NCBI GenBank assembly: GCA_030141605.1
Contig: JAQGDQ010000110.1
Coordinates: forward strand, 1 to 64,000
Source: Tubiluchus corallicola
Taxonomy: Eukaryota; Animalia; Priapulida
Length of the DNA: 64,000 nt
Reading direction: 5' to 3'
This document shows positions 28,612 to 41,395 of the stretch, piece by piece. A model generated the notes under the pieces. It worked only from the letters and a program-made list of their open reading frames with translations, had not been told where the DNA came from and searched no databases. The translations under genes and the position numbers were made by a program. Position 1 is the stretch's first letter. Every line of letters begins with the position of its first letter.

Positions 28612-30270
28612 ACGCCCGTCACGTCTATTGCAGACACTGGACAGGCAGAATTCTGAAATAAAAGAAATCTGCCTTCAGACAGGTAAACGCAGCAGTAATC
28701 CAGCAAAAAAACCAGACACTGCTACGCCAGTGGCTTGTCAGCACCACTTCCGACATTAGTTTACTAGACGCACGTTATATATATAATAATAGTGGAAATC
28801 TTGGTTAAAATTTTCATTTTTAAAGGTAAACGCTCAAGTAGTTTTCTTTTAAGTAACTAAAATTTGCAATTTCTTTCCGCGCGAATATTTCACCACAATT
28901 TTTTTTTGAATATAGTTTTTACGAAATACCGTAATAATTTTCAAAACATATAGTTTTATATAGGTAAAACATAAACGTATATATAATAACTGCAAATATC
29001 GTCAACCGGAAATACAAGAGGAAGTAGCAACCGCTTGTTGCTTAACCTTGATCTGATCAGGAGAACAATTCTAACGCCTAAAAGCATTTGCAATGAATTT
29101 TCACACCTTCCTACATAATACAAAGTAACTCACCTTCTTGCAGATTAAAGCTGCTTAAACTCCCATTAGTATTTATCTATTGCTGTGCGATGAATAGATC
29201 TGTAAAGACAAAGCCTAAACGCTTCTCAGTAGATATAGTAATGGACTAATGGTATATGCTGCAATTTCTGACATATTCATAATTTTTATTGTAATAAAAC
29301 CGATTATTGTAATAAAATTCAGTTCACTTCAATTCAATTTCAATTTATTTATCTCTTTATAATGTTACAAAAAAACATGATTAATAAAAGAATCTCTAAT
29401 AAGTTTTGAAGAATGGTTAAAATGTATTGATAGATCTAGAACTAGAGAAAGGATAGCGAAAAGACTATAAAGTCACCTAGTCTGCTATCCTTTACCGAAT
29501 ATAGATAAAAAGATTTTTTAGACACTGGTGGGCATTAATGTTATCAGTTTAATTTAGGAAACATTAGTAATTTTTAAAATTATGACATTTGCTATATAAT
29601 CCAGAGTAAAGAATATACGTGTAGTTTAATTAGCGGGCAACAAAATAAGGTCAATCTTGATTAAACTAAAAATTGCATTTAGATTTTATGCGAAATACAG
29701 GTGAAAATTGTTATGAAATGATAAAAACACTTTGGGTTAATAATGCTGTTAAACTGTTTTCGTAAACTAGTAGAGACAGATTTATTAGTAGAGATCTCTT
29801 TATTTCAAATTTCTGCTTTATGAAAAATGCAAAAGCGCTTGTCTTCACAAGATCCCAGAAGCGTTTCCCATGTTTACCCCTCCCCCCTCCCAATCATTAT
29901 CATCCGCCATTATTGTGTGATATGCGATTAGCGTGAATTAAAAGCCGCTCAACAAACACTTTTCAATCTGGGATATTGATGTGACATTATGTAATGGCGC
30001 GGAACTGTAAACAGGAAAATTGTTCCTCTTTATATAACAGTCTGGACCCTTGGGTTAGAATAATTAATATCAAACACGCAGCCTGCAGATGGTTAGCAAT
30101 TATTCAAAGCTCATTACTGCAGCAGCACTGATTAACAACATCATGATGTGCATTTTTGAAAATAAACTCCTTTTGTATAATTTAAATTATTTAATGTTTT
30201 TTTTGGTTTTCTAGTTTTTTTACTTTTATTTACAGATTTTCAATTGTGAACGTTTGTCTCAAAGATGTTT

Positions 30271-30933
30271 AGTTTAAACATAATTTATTGTAGGATTGGA
30301 TCAGACAGTTTGAACAACATGATTTAGGATCCTCACCACAACAGACTTTATACACTATTTACAAGAATATTTAAAGTAAGAATAGACTATAACTACACAA
30401 GCTGACAAGTTTTACTACAAGAATACATTAGACATTAGTAACATTTACAGTAAGAATAGACTATAACTACACAAGCTGATAAGTTTTACTACAAGATTAC
30501 ATTAGACATTAGTAACGTTTACAGTAAGAATAGACTGTGACTACACAAGCTGACAAGTTTTACTACAAGATTACATTAGCCATTAGTAGAAAATGACGGT
30601 TAGAAAATATTAATGTACGAATATTTAAGACTTATGCATTTTATATCAGATAGAAACTAATGGAAGCGTTTAGTACGTAATATAAAGTCATGTATGCACT
30701 GGAATATTTTACAGTTAGCAACATAGTTAAATTCATCTTTTCCGAATAATAACAACTTCAACAGATCATTAGTTCTTAAGGCACCTATATTAAGGTTTTC
30801 AGGCAGAAGTATTTCATTTAATTTATCAAACGTAACAACCCTAGCTAGTTGATACAATGGCCAGTGCAACAAAAAGTGTTCAACAGACTCAAATCGAAAT
30901 CCACAGTTACAATTCGGCAATATTGGATGACCG
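30271..30933 (-). mobile_element. CR1/L2-type LINE 3' segment, same family as 22300 (3 VNTR units)
   Basis: ORF 30657-30920 nearly identical to the 22139-22576 C-terminus; 9-bp TSD AAGATGTTT (30262-30270 and 30934-30942). Confidence 0.85.
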
Positions 30934-31448
30934 AAGATGTTTGAATTTGCAAGTTAACTTACTGAATCGTAAAGCATTTTTGCATATTAATCAAACGAAG
31001 AAAGCATTGCAGATTTACTTAAAATGATTGTGTTCTGAGTGATCATCATCGTCATTTGTCGTGTCTGGTTCATAGAGTTCTGCTGTATTTTCTGTAAACT
31101 AAACCGCATGCATTACTATGATAACTTTAAATACATGTTTTATTAATTCTACTTTAGAAATTGTTTATATTTTCTGAAAATATTTTGGCAGAAGGAAACT
31201 TTGTAGCAGCTTCAAAAATCTAGATCTGTAACTTTCAGTTACCGATTGCCAGGTCGAAAATTAAAAGATGCTCTCTTGTTGCAGAAAGATCACGCGATTC
31301 ATTTGAAAGTACTTTCTTTGATTTGTTACATATAAGATACGTGATTTCTTTACTAAATAAACAAATAAATAAACAAATAAATAAATAAATGAATAAATAA
31401 ATATACAGAGAGATAGACAGGTTAGATAGATGGACGGACGGACGGACG

Positions 31449-31954
<506 letters not shown>

Positions 31955-31965
<11 letters not shown>

Positions 31966-33215
31966 TAAAACAAGATAAGAATGTTAATCTCACAATGCAT
32001 AAAAACAATATTATACATACAAAAATGGTTTTACTTTAAATATGAATTAGAAAACATTATGAGGAGGACGAAGCAGCAGGCTATCTAGTTCGTGCCCCAG
32101 AGCAATTATTACTCAGTAATTTATGCAGTTTGAACAATTCATTACATACTAGATTTGAACGAGTATCTCACACTAAGCAAAACAATTGTTTAAAGAAATA
32201 ATGAGCATCAAATAATTATGTTTAAACAAATATAGCAAATAACAGTTATACATAGATATTTAGTCATTTTATACTAGATCACGAATATTTTGATGATGGA
32301 TTCTATTTTATATTTCACGCCGAGGTGAAACGAAACGAAACGAAATTAATTGATTAAACAGAGTGATAAAAACAAGTACCATATATAAGAGAAAGCAAAA
32401 GAGGCAGTGAAGAAATGGATGCATTGTATAAGAATGGAGGAGTTTAATGACATCTAATGAAGTAGAGCACAGAGAGCAAAACAATATTAATACTCATAAA
32501 TCAAAAAGAATCAAATTAAATCTAATCTAATCAAATCAAATCAATTCAAACCAAACCAAACTTAATCAAATCAAATCAAATCAAATCAAATCAAATCAAA
32601 TCAAGTCAAGTCAAGTCAAGTCAAGTCAAGTCAAGTCAAGTCAAGTCAAATCAAATCAAATCAAATTAAACCAAACCAAACCGAATCAAACCTAATCAAA
32701 TCAAATTAAATAAAATCAAAACGCAAATCTAAAACAAACTAAATTTAAATTTAATCAAATTTATCCACACTTTTAATGCTGTAAATCTGTGGACTGTAAC
32801 ACCTTTCAATATTGAAGATTTAAACCAATATCAGTTTAAAAAAGTTATAAAATATAATCCATTATCAAAATATTCGTGATCTAGTATATAATTACTAAAT
32901 ATCTATGTATAACTGTTATTTGTTATATTTATTTAAACATAATTATTTGATGCTCATTAATTCTTTAAACAATTGTTTTGCTTAGTGTAAGATATTCGTT
33001 CAATTCTAGTATATAATGAATTGACCAAACTGCATAAATTACTGAGTAATAATTGCTCTGGGGCTAGATAGCCTGCTCCTTGGTTCACCTCATTATGTTA
33101 ATTAATTCATATTTAAAGTAAAACCATTTTTGTATGTATATTATGGTTTTTATGCATTGTGAAATTAACATTCTTATCTTATTTTATCTCTTCTCCTCTC
33201 CTCTTCTCTTCTCTC
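31955..33215. repeat. Inverted repeat with ~350-bp arms (31955-32311 and 32846-33215) around a (TCAAA/TCAAG)n spacer
   Basis: Arms are diverged reverse complements, e.g. ATACTAGATCACGAATATTTTGAT / ATCAAAATATTCGTGATCTAGTAT. Confidence 0.8.
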
Positions 33216-33643
33216 TTGTCTCTGTTGTCTCTTTTAAATTTGTCTTGTTTTATTTACTTTACCAAAAGACTCTATTCTGTTCTGCTCTGATCCATTATGT
33301 CACGCCACATCTCGTTGTAGCCTTTGCCCTGTTTGATTCATTACATTATTTTTTCATTTCTATTAATTGGCTGGTTTGACTTGTTTTCGTTCTTATTAAC
33401 GTACCGGATTCGGTTTTGTCAAGGATTCGCACTTTACCAGTACAGACTCGAGTCCATTTAGTAGAGCAATCAGCGTTCTTGTTCTGTATTTTCCATTATT
33501 TAAAAATAAGCAAATAATGTCACAAACAACGTGGGTTCTATCTTTTGCGATTTTAATGCAAAATGTTCGGACGGTGTGATGAGTAAATTTCATATTAACG
33601 TCCCATAGGAATGGCATAAATCGCTTTAACTAGTTTCAATGCC

Positions 33644-34126
33644 CTGTTACTGCTGTTGTTGGCATCCTTCTGTCTCGGAAGACAATGGAGTGTACGCGCC
33701 AAGAGAGTCATTAATCAACATTGATGGAGCTGCAGCATCAACTGTGGCTGAGCAGTCCGATCCTTGGCCTCTCCAGACGGTGACTCTCCAGAACGCACGC
33801 CTGGACAAGGTGTATGGAGATCCTGAATTGCCCAGACAAGAGGAACCCCCTCTCTTCCTCTCTGGTGTAGTCCAAAGGAAAGCGCAGCGATACGTTTGGC
33901 ACCAGGTTGGCTGCAGGAGCTGCCGGAGTCAGTGAGCATGCTGCACTGATCCACCTGCTTGTGCAGCTCCTCCGCCTAGTGTCGAGATGCAGTGTGGGCA
34001 TCCCGCAAGCCTACAGCACCTGGTATTCCTAGGCGGTCACCCATCCAACTACTAACCAGACTCTACGTTGCTTAACTACGGTGATCAGACGAGAATTGGT
34101 GTTTTCAACGTCATATGGCCGTAATC
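33644..34126 (-). mobile_element. 5S-rRNA-headed SINE (SINE3) with an RTE-derived body and tail
   Basis: Minus strand: 120-nt 5S-like head; RTE 5'UTR-like middle (recalled similarity); RTE C-terminal RIGLLSHS remnant; ...CCATTGTCTTCCGAGACAGAAGGATGCC then an (AAC/CAG)n tail. Confidence 0.7.
34007..34126 (-). rRNA. Full-length diverged 5S rRNA sequence (pseudogene or SINE head, probably not a functional rDNA copy)
   Basis: GATTACGGCCATATGACGTTGAAAACACC...AGTTAAGC (box A)...TGGATGGGTGACCGCC (box C)...GTGCTGTAGGCTT; no oligo-T Pol III terminator after it. Confidence 0.8.
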
Positions 34127-34484
34127 ACAACTATAGTCTGTGACTGTAGGTTACAATTAATCATTATTTCAGATAAATCTCGTTTTGTTTGACAACGAAC
34201 TCAGTGAAATCCATGTTGAGATATTAAGAGATTACGGGATATTTTTGCACATGATACTTTCTCACAGCTGTCTGAGAACATGCTGGGAACTAAAGATTTG
34301 TTCCAAGAATGTGCTGGTAATTTACCCACTTACGAATAAGTAATGTAGAAGTTATGATTTGAAGTCAGTGAGGGGGTTATTGGAACAGCTATAAAAGTGA
34401 GATTTTTAGCCAAGTGAGAATCAAACAAGCAAACATGCATGCTTTTACAAAAAAGTGGTAATATTGAAGCTAAATTCCTAATCT

Positions 34485-35244
34485 CAAGCACACATTTTAT
34501 GTTATTTAGTACGATTCGCCTACTTTGATAAACTTACGTGTTTTGTACTTAAGAAATTTCTCTTACAGAATATAACTTCATGTGGAATGTATTATTTACA
34601 AAAAAGTTATAAGGTCAATAAACGATGTATATATATATATATAGTGTTCCATTGCTACTTTGCGGTTCGTTTATCGCGGATTCTTTGTTTCGCGGGTTTT
34701 TGCACATGCGTAGTACGTATTGTACAGTAATGTATAGATTTGATGAATTTTGCATAAAAAATCACAAAATGTATAAAAATATTTAAAAATATTAATTCTA
34801 ACATTAAAACAATATTATAAATCATAAAAAATTACCATTTACAGTAAATAGTGTATTTATTCGGCGGATGAATACACACCAAAAATGAAATGTAGTACTT
34901 GCGCCCGCTTGAGATGCTACTTGCCGACGTGAGATTGTACACAACACACGATTGGTTGATTGTGAACATTTTTATGAACATTTAAGTAAAGTTTTTTAAA
35001 AGGTACATGTACAGTATGGGAAAAGTTATTAAGGGAATGGGAAAGGGTTATGTATAAGAGTGTGGGGAGGGTTTATAAAGACTTAAAATAATGTATAACT
35101 ACTAAAATAAGTATAGCGTCCCTACTTCGCGGAAATTCACTTATCGCGGGTGGGCCTGGAACGGAAGTGAGGGAACACTGTATATTAAATGACTTACCTT
35201 AGTTTCTGCAGTCAGTTCAGAGTCAACAATTGTAGCCTGGTTTA
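34485..35244 (-). repeat. Inverted duplicate of 40150-40904 (part of a PKD1L exon, its donor, a Tigger-like MITE and intron)
   Basis: Reverse complement of TAAACCAGGCTACAATTGTTG...ACTAAG|GTAAGT...ATGTGTGCTTG. Confidence 0.9.
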
Positions 35245-35744
35245 CAATGCAAATAATACAAGAGTATAAACAGAAATCAAACAGTTTGTTGAATTATTTT
35301 AGCACTTGACATTTTAAAATTCTTTGATAAACCTAGTATATATAATCTGGGTTTTTTTTTATTAAGTTGTGAAAATGTTAAAGGAAAACCAGACAACCGT
35401 TTACACTCAATCTCATTTTCATTTACTGTCAAAGATATACATTTTCTAGCCTATAAAAGTTAACAATTGTTCCTTATATTTGAATAATTAGCTTAGACAG
35501 TTAATTACCGGCAACCGAACACAGCTATTGCTTACATCAGAAACTAACCACAGCTTGTGCAATGGTAGGCATCTTCCCTTGCGCGTCGAGTACATTTGCA
35601 TAAGTGTTACAGTACTGCTTAAACGTGTGATGTCACGAAAATGGACTATACGTCATATGACGTCAGAAAGTAGTCATCTGTAGCAAAAAGGTTAATGTAG
35701 TCATTGCTTGGCAGCCTTCCAATATTTGCAGTTTATTTGTGTAG

Positions 35745-35895
35745 GTTTTACCGTACGGGTATGATCAATTGGAAGCCAATAAAAAAGTGAACTTGGAACT
35801 AACATTGTTACAAGCTGTTAGACAGATGACCACGTCTACTGATGCCTGCACGCCAAGCAAAATCGAACAGTATGTAAAAGCTGGAGACGTACATG
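35745..35895 (+). CDS. Polycystin-1-like (PKD1L/REJ family) gene, exon a (first confidently identified)
   Basis: VLPYGYDQLEANKKVNLELTLLQAVRQMTTSTDACTPSKIEQYVKAGDVH(G); gtgtag| ... G|GTAAAC; phase 0 to 1. Confidence 0.65.
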
Positions 35896-35927
35896 GTAAA
35901 CAATACGATTGGTTTGTACTTATTTAA

Positions 35928-36480
35928 GGGACAAGAAAAGGGGTACCTGAAGTAGGTTTTGGAAAAAGCATCTTGAAAAATTATTAAAAAATTATATTAC
36001 TTTCCAGCATATTTATGCGTATATCGTACTCGCATAGCAAGGATTTTTTGTTTGTTTTTATTTTAAACTTCCTGCGTTACTGTTCCGACCGCGTCATTAC
36101 ATGACGTCATACATGCACAACGTAAATCAGGGGAAGAAAAGGAAATGTTAAATTACGTCCCTTAGAACTTTCCATGCAATGTTATATTACTTAGCATTTT
36201 GCTTACCTACTTGAAAGACTTATGTAACTAGAAAAGGAAATTATTAATTATTTGAAATGTTTTCAGCAATTGGTAAAGTGTCGTTGACTCACCTTCCAGG
36301 GTGCGCCACTCACTAACCAAAAACGTTAATTTTTAGCTTATTGACAAGCTACAGTAATTTTAAATTTTATTTAGTTAGTGGCTTGTGCCCTACGAATACT
36401 CTGATTATTTTTTCAAAATTTACACAATGTTATCTAAACTTGTTTCAAATGACTTATTGCCAAAATGACTGCGTCTAACT
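35928..36480 (-). mobile_element. Kolobok-like family A copy
   Basis: TTAA|GGGACAAGAAAA terminus; reverse complement of 47685-48360. Confidence 0.65.
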
Positions 36481-37358
36481 ATATACCAATCTTGCATTCA
36501 AAGGAATTTTTGTTTGTTTTAGTTTTAAATCTCCCGCGACACCATTACATGACTATATGTTCAAACAAATAGCATGATTGGATAGCCAAGATTCTCCTAA
36601 ATAGAACAGTAACTAATTTGTAATCATTTAGTCATGTCTGTGCTCATACAGTAGCAGAAAACTCGTAGGTCTTATTTTGAATGGTGTGGTCCTGAAGGAA
36701 TTAACCAAATTTTCTTAACAATAGTTTGTGTGGGAGTAATTCCGGGCCATGGAATGGTTCTAAAATATGGCTGCTCGTATTGTCCCTTATTAATATTATT
36801 ATAACCAGTTTTATTATTATTAAGTGACAACTACTATATTAACAGGCTTATCAAGTTTTCACGATGCCCTAGGCTGATAGGTCTGTCCTACCCAACTATA
36901 TTGTGAATTTATGATTGGTTATATACTGAGCAAATTGAACAATTACTTGTGGTGTATTAGTAAAGCTATTAACATTGTTTCTACATAGACACTTTTAATT
37001 ACACACACCTTTAATTACCTGTGTATGAACTGCATTTATATCAGGAGGCTCGGCAACTACTTGTTGTGTGTTACTTTGTATTTGTTCGTTATATGCTCTT
37101 ATGTAGCAAATGGTGCTGTGTTATACAACGCTTGTCTTGCGTTAATATGAACGGATACACATTTTCGGAGGGCAACAAGATTCCTTTTTAAAATTGGGTG
37201 GCTGAAATGTGACACTTCAAACTTTGGTGCCCTATTCTATAGCCTAGCTAGCCTATTGGTTAACACGCCTCTAGCAAATCATTTCTGTTTGTCTCTCCTG
37301 AATGACTAATGGCGTGTTCACAGCATTTTGTTTGTAAAATTGATGTGTTTATTCTTAG

Positions 37359-37474
37359 GTTTATCTCAGATAGTTAATGTGGCTTCGAGTGCGCTGAACG
37401 AGATGAAAGATGAGGATGCTACTCCTAAAGAGGCTGCAGAGAATCAACAACATTTATATGATCTCAAATCTGAA
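37359..37474 (+). CDS. PKD1L-like exon b
   Basis: (G)LSQIVNVASSALNEMKDEDATPKEAAENQQHLYDLKSE; phase 1 to 0; GD..Q....S.LN helical motif that follows REJ in this family. Confidence 0.7.
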
Positions 37475-37568
37475 GTAAAGAAAATTTAGTTTTTTATTGT
37501 CGTGTTAAAGGGAAAGGTTGATTTTTCATATCAGTTTTTGAAGTACAGCATGATGAGTAGATTTTAAT

Positions 37569-38024
37569 CAGGGATGAGAATTTCCCGCGGATAGTTTTTG
37601 GAAGACCAGTAGTTCCATTTTTGTAAATCGCGTAAATTCGTTGAAAAATTTTTTACGGACCCAGTACATTATTTCACAAGCTGACCGCTAGTTGGCAGGC
37701 CGTCACTTTGTTTACATCATGTACATCAGTGTAACCACGTGTATATCTCTATGTATAGAAATATAGAATCAATTGCGTGCAGTTATTTGAGTCAATTGCA
37801 GACAGTTTTTATATACTTTTGCATAGGAGCGGCCAGTACTTAGGCGTTTTTGAGACAATTAGGTATCATGTTTCCTTGATAGTTGGGTATTTTAAATTAT
37901 GCATGAAACAAGGTAATTGATATTTTAAGTTCACTTAGAGGCTCTCTATGGTCACAAAATTGTAATTTGTTGCTGCCTACGGCCTGTTTCAGAGTTTTTT
38001 TGCAATTTGTAATTCTCATCCCTG
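37569..38024. mobile_element. hAT-like MITE
   Basis: Perfect 14-bp TIR CAGGGATGAGAATT / AATTCTCATCCCTG; flanking TTTAAT on both sides. Confidence 0.75.
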
Positions 38025-38247
38025 TTTAATACCTGTAAAATACGCCAAAGCGTTTTTACTAATTAAATAGTAGCTTAAATACAAGTAGCTTTTATATACA
38101 AGTAAGTGGTGCATTGACAGATAATTACATAATTCATATTCGTAACTATCTAAAAAATTTTCACTCTTTAAGGCTCACTCAAAGTCGTAATTACATATTA
38201 TGTTTTCCTTTCTCAACTTTCAGGTTTATTGCTGTTATACCATTGCT

Positions 38248-38527
38248 ATTATTACATCATTTACTTAATCTTTATTTACATTAAGTTATCTACAGAAGCA
38301 TGCATAATTATAATCATTTTTTCATTTAAGTGAGGTGAGTGTGTTAATATCCATATGGTCGTACACTCACCTCGCACTACTCAAATTATTACATCAGTTA
38401 CTTCATCCTTATTCACATTAAGTTATCTACAGAAGCATGCATAACTATAATCATTTTTTCATTTAAGTAAGGTGAGTGTGTTAATGACCGTATGGTCGTA
38501 CACTCACTTCGCACTACTCAAATTATT
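38248..38527. repeat. Tandem duplication of ~137 bp
   Basis: CATTAAGTTATCTACAGAAGCATGCATAA...GTACACTCAC repeated. Confidence 0.85.
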
Positions 38528-39022
38528 TTATTTAAAGTTTATTAATGTGTCTGATATTGTATTTTTTGATGTGTGAAATAAATTCATAGTTATAACTTAA
38601 TTAATAGCGGGTGTGTATAACCAGGGGTGATACATCACAACTGAACATTATTTTCAGCAGCACGAGAATTGCACAAGCAGGTTGAAGCAAAAATTTAAAT
38701 ACGTTGCTACTGTACAACACTCAGTGTGATATACACAAACTTTTTAACTTTAAGGCAAATTTTAAGTTTAAAACTCTAATCTCACTTTTTAAAGCTGTGC
38801 TCACGCGTGAGCTCTCGAAAGTGCGCACTATATCACAAATGAACACTTTTGATCTGTGATGTACAGCGCCTGTTTTTTTACACGGCGAAATGCGTGTAAC
38901 AGCAAAGAACCGGCTGCACGAACGTGAAAATTGCGTTTCTGTGGTAATTATTTCATGTAAATCATGTTAGTATGTTCCCAGCGAATGTTCTACAGGATAC
39001 ATTGTTTTGAGCTATAGTTTAA

Positions 39023-39622
39023 CCCTTTCACTACATAGTTGTTTTTAACAGGGTGGTGTTGGCTTTTGCACATTTGCCAATAACTTCTTGTGGTGTGTTA
39101 CTAAACCAGAATCTTGCAAATAAACAAATAGCCATTTGTTATTGAATGTTCAATATTAGTTTTATTCGTACACATGCACGCAGATATGAGCAAACACACA
39201 CACACACACACATGCACACAATCATAAATAAGCATGTACTTATATTTAGAAACCAGTTTTCACAAAAAAACAATACTAATCCATAATATACAATCATTTT
39301 ATAAGAATGCAGAGTAATCAAACTAAACATACGTTTCACCAATGATCTACAAGTGATTTTGCATGGGAACGTACCATACAGTACAGTTTTGTGGAATGCA
39401 CCTGGCTTCAGATTCTGATTGGCTGGTTAGAGTTACTTGTTGCAAAGCAACCTCAATCCCACGGCTGTTAAACTTTTCTACAATGTTTTACATGGCCGTA
39501 GCAGTGAAATAAACAGACCAGGGTGACTGCGCTTGGTGCTGAGCTTGGGCGACAGTCTACCGCTTTCCATCCCTTACAAGAAAAAAGTAGTCAGCAGTGT
39601 GCTGCCCTCTGTAGTGAAAGGG
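39023..39622. mobile_element. piggyBac-type MITE nested in a diverged family-B element
   Basis: TTAA|CCCTTTCACTACA...TGTAGTGAAAGGG|TTAA; the rejoined flanks match the family-B end near 21700. Confidence 0.85.
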
Positions 39623-40070
39623 TTAAGATTGGATCAGGTTTTCCTGTAAGAAATGCTTCTCTTGCTACTTTGATAAATAATGCTACCATCCTTTCTCTCT
39701 TTAAAGAGGACGCTTTTGTGGGAGAAGCTTTACTATATCTGAACTATATTACGCACTTGTAATAACTATGTAGTTTGCTTAATTCGGTGCATTTATTTAA
39801 ATTTCTTTTGACTTTATGATTTTGAGTACTTAATCTTTAACTGGGCGAAGCGATACTGCCAACTGCTACTATAACTAACGTCACGAGTATCTCTATTCAG
39901 AAATTTGTAGGCCAGTGTAGCAGCAGTATTATCGTTGGGAGAAAAATTCTGATTCATTTAATTTTAGTACTAATATATTGTAATATTGTTAAGTAATATT
40001 ATTAGTTATTACCTCGTTACTGTTAGCGAGTATTAGTGTTCTATTTCGTTTGATTGATTGATTTGTGTAG

Positions 40071-40196
40071 GTAAGAGCTTCCTTGGTGAATTCTATTGTG
40101 CAGATACCATTGATTAACATTGGTATTGTGAAACAGACATCTGATATGTTAAACCAGGCTACAATTGTTGACTCTGAACTGACTGCAGAAACTAAG
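40071..40196 (+). CDS. PKD1L-like exon c
   Basis: VRASLVNSIVQIPLINIGIVKQTSDMLNQATIVDSELTAETK; phase 0 to 0; AAG|GTAAGT. Confidence 0.75.
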
Positions 40197-40213
40197 GTAA
40201 GTCATTTAATATA

Positions 40214-40753
40214 CAGTGTTCCCTCACTTCCGTTCCAGGCCCACCCGCAATAAGTGAATTTCCGCGAGCTAGGGACGCTATACTGATTTTAGTAGTTGTA
40301 CATTATTTTAAGTCTTTATAAACCCTCCCCACACTCTTATACATAACCCTTTCCCATTCCCTTAATAACTTTTCCCATACTGTACATGTACCTTTAAAAA
40401 AACTTTACTTAAATTTTCATAAAAATGTTCACAATCAACCAATCGTGTGTTGTGTACAATCTCACGTCGACGAGTAGCATCTCCAGCGGGCGCAAGTACT
40501 ACATTTCATTTTTGGTGTGTATTCATCTACCGAATAAATACACTATTTGCTGTAAATGGAAATTTTTTATGATTTATAATATTGTTTTCATGTTAGAATT
40601 AATATATTTTATATATTTTTATACATTTTGTGATTTTTTATGCAAAATTCATCAAATCTATACATTACTGTACGATACGTACTACGCATGTGCAAAAACC
40701 CGCGAAACAACGAGTCTGTGATAAACGAACCGCGAAGTAGCGAGGGAACACTA
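40214..40753. mobile_element. Tc1/mariner (Tigger/pogo-like) MITE; copy at 34642-35180 and deleted remnant at 48494-48648
   Basis: TA|CAGTGTTCCCTC...GAGGGAACACT(A)|TA. Confidence 0.8.
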
Positions 40754-40894
40754 TATATATACATCGTTTATTGACCTTATAACTTTTTTGTAAATAATAC
40801 ATTCCACATGAAGTTATATTCTGTAAGAGAAATTTCTTAAGTACAAAACACGTAAGTTTATCAAAGTAGGCGAATCGTACTAAATAACATAAAA

Positions 40895-41218
40895 TGTGTG
40901 CTTGTATAGCAAAATCGTCTATAATTAAGCAGTTAAAGTTTTTCTAGTTATTCAGTTATCCTGAATCTCCATTTCATGAGGATCATTTTGACACCAAGTT
41001 CATTGCTCTATGTTATTTCTAAGCTGAGATAATCCACGTTGAAGTTGAGGTGCAGGCTATACACTGAAAAACATAACCTTGAGAAAACCACTGTTAAAGT
41101 CAGCCATTGTTTTTGTCGCATTTCTACAAAACACTTAGCAACCGGACAAATGTTGGTTGCTACGGACTTTGCAAGAATACGTTGAAGTTGTGTTTATATC
41201 CAGTAGATGGCTCTTCCA
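40895..41218 (+). mobile_element. Unclassified interspersed repeat; copy at 52448-52750
   Basis: Shared TGTGTGCTTGTATAGCAA...CATGAGGATCATTTTGA...GTAGATGGCTCTTCC. Confidence 0.65.
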
Positions 41219-41306
41219 CAATTATTTGTTTATTATTCCTGTTTATTATTATTATTATTATTATTATTTTCAGTCGAGGTTCAATTGATTGTTAATAATC
41301 TTTCAG

Positions 41307-41395
41307 ATAGTTGCTATGGATAAGTTTAACAATGTTGCCAGTTTCATGAAGGATGCGGCAAATGTTGATATTTGTGACTCAGCCGATACTACTCA
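41307..41395 (+). CDS. PKD1L-like exon d
   Basis: IVAMDKFNNVASFMKDAANVDICDSADTT(Q); tttcag| ... CA|GTACGT; phase 0 to 2. Confidence 0.75.

Noticed and set aside
29028-29070. Second 5S-like fragment on the minus strand
   Set aside because: Too short and degenerate to call
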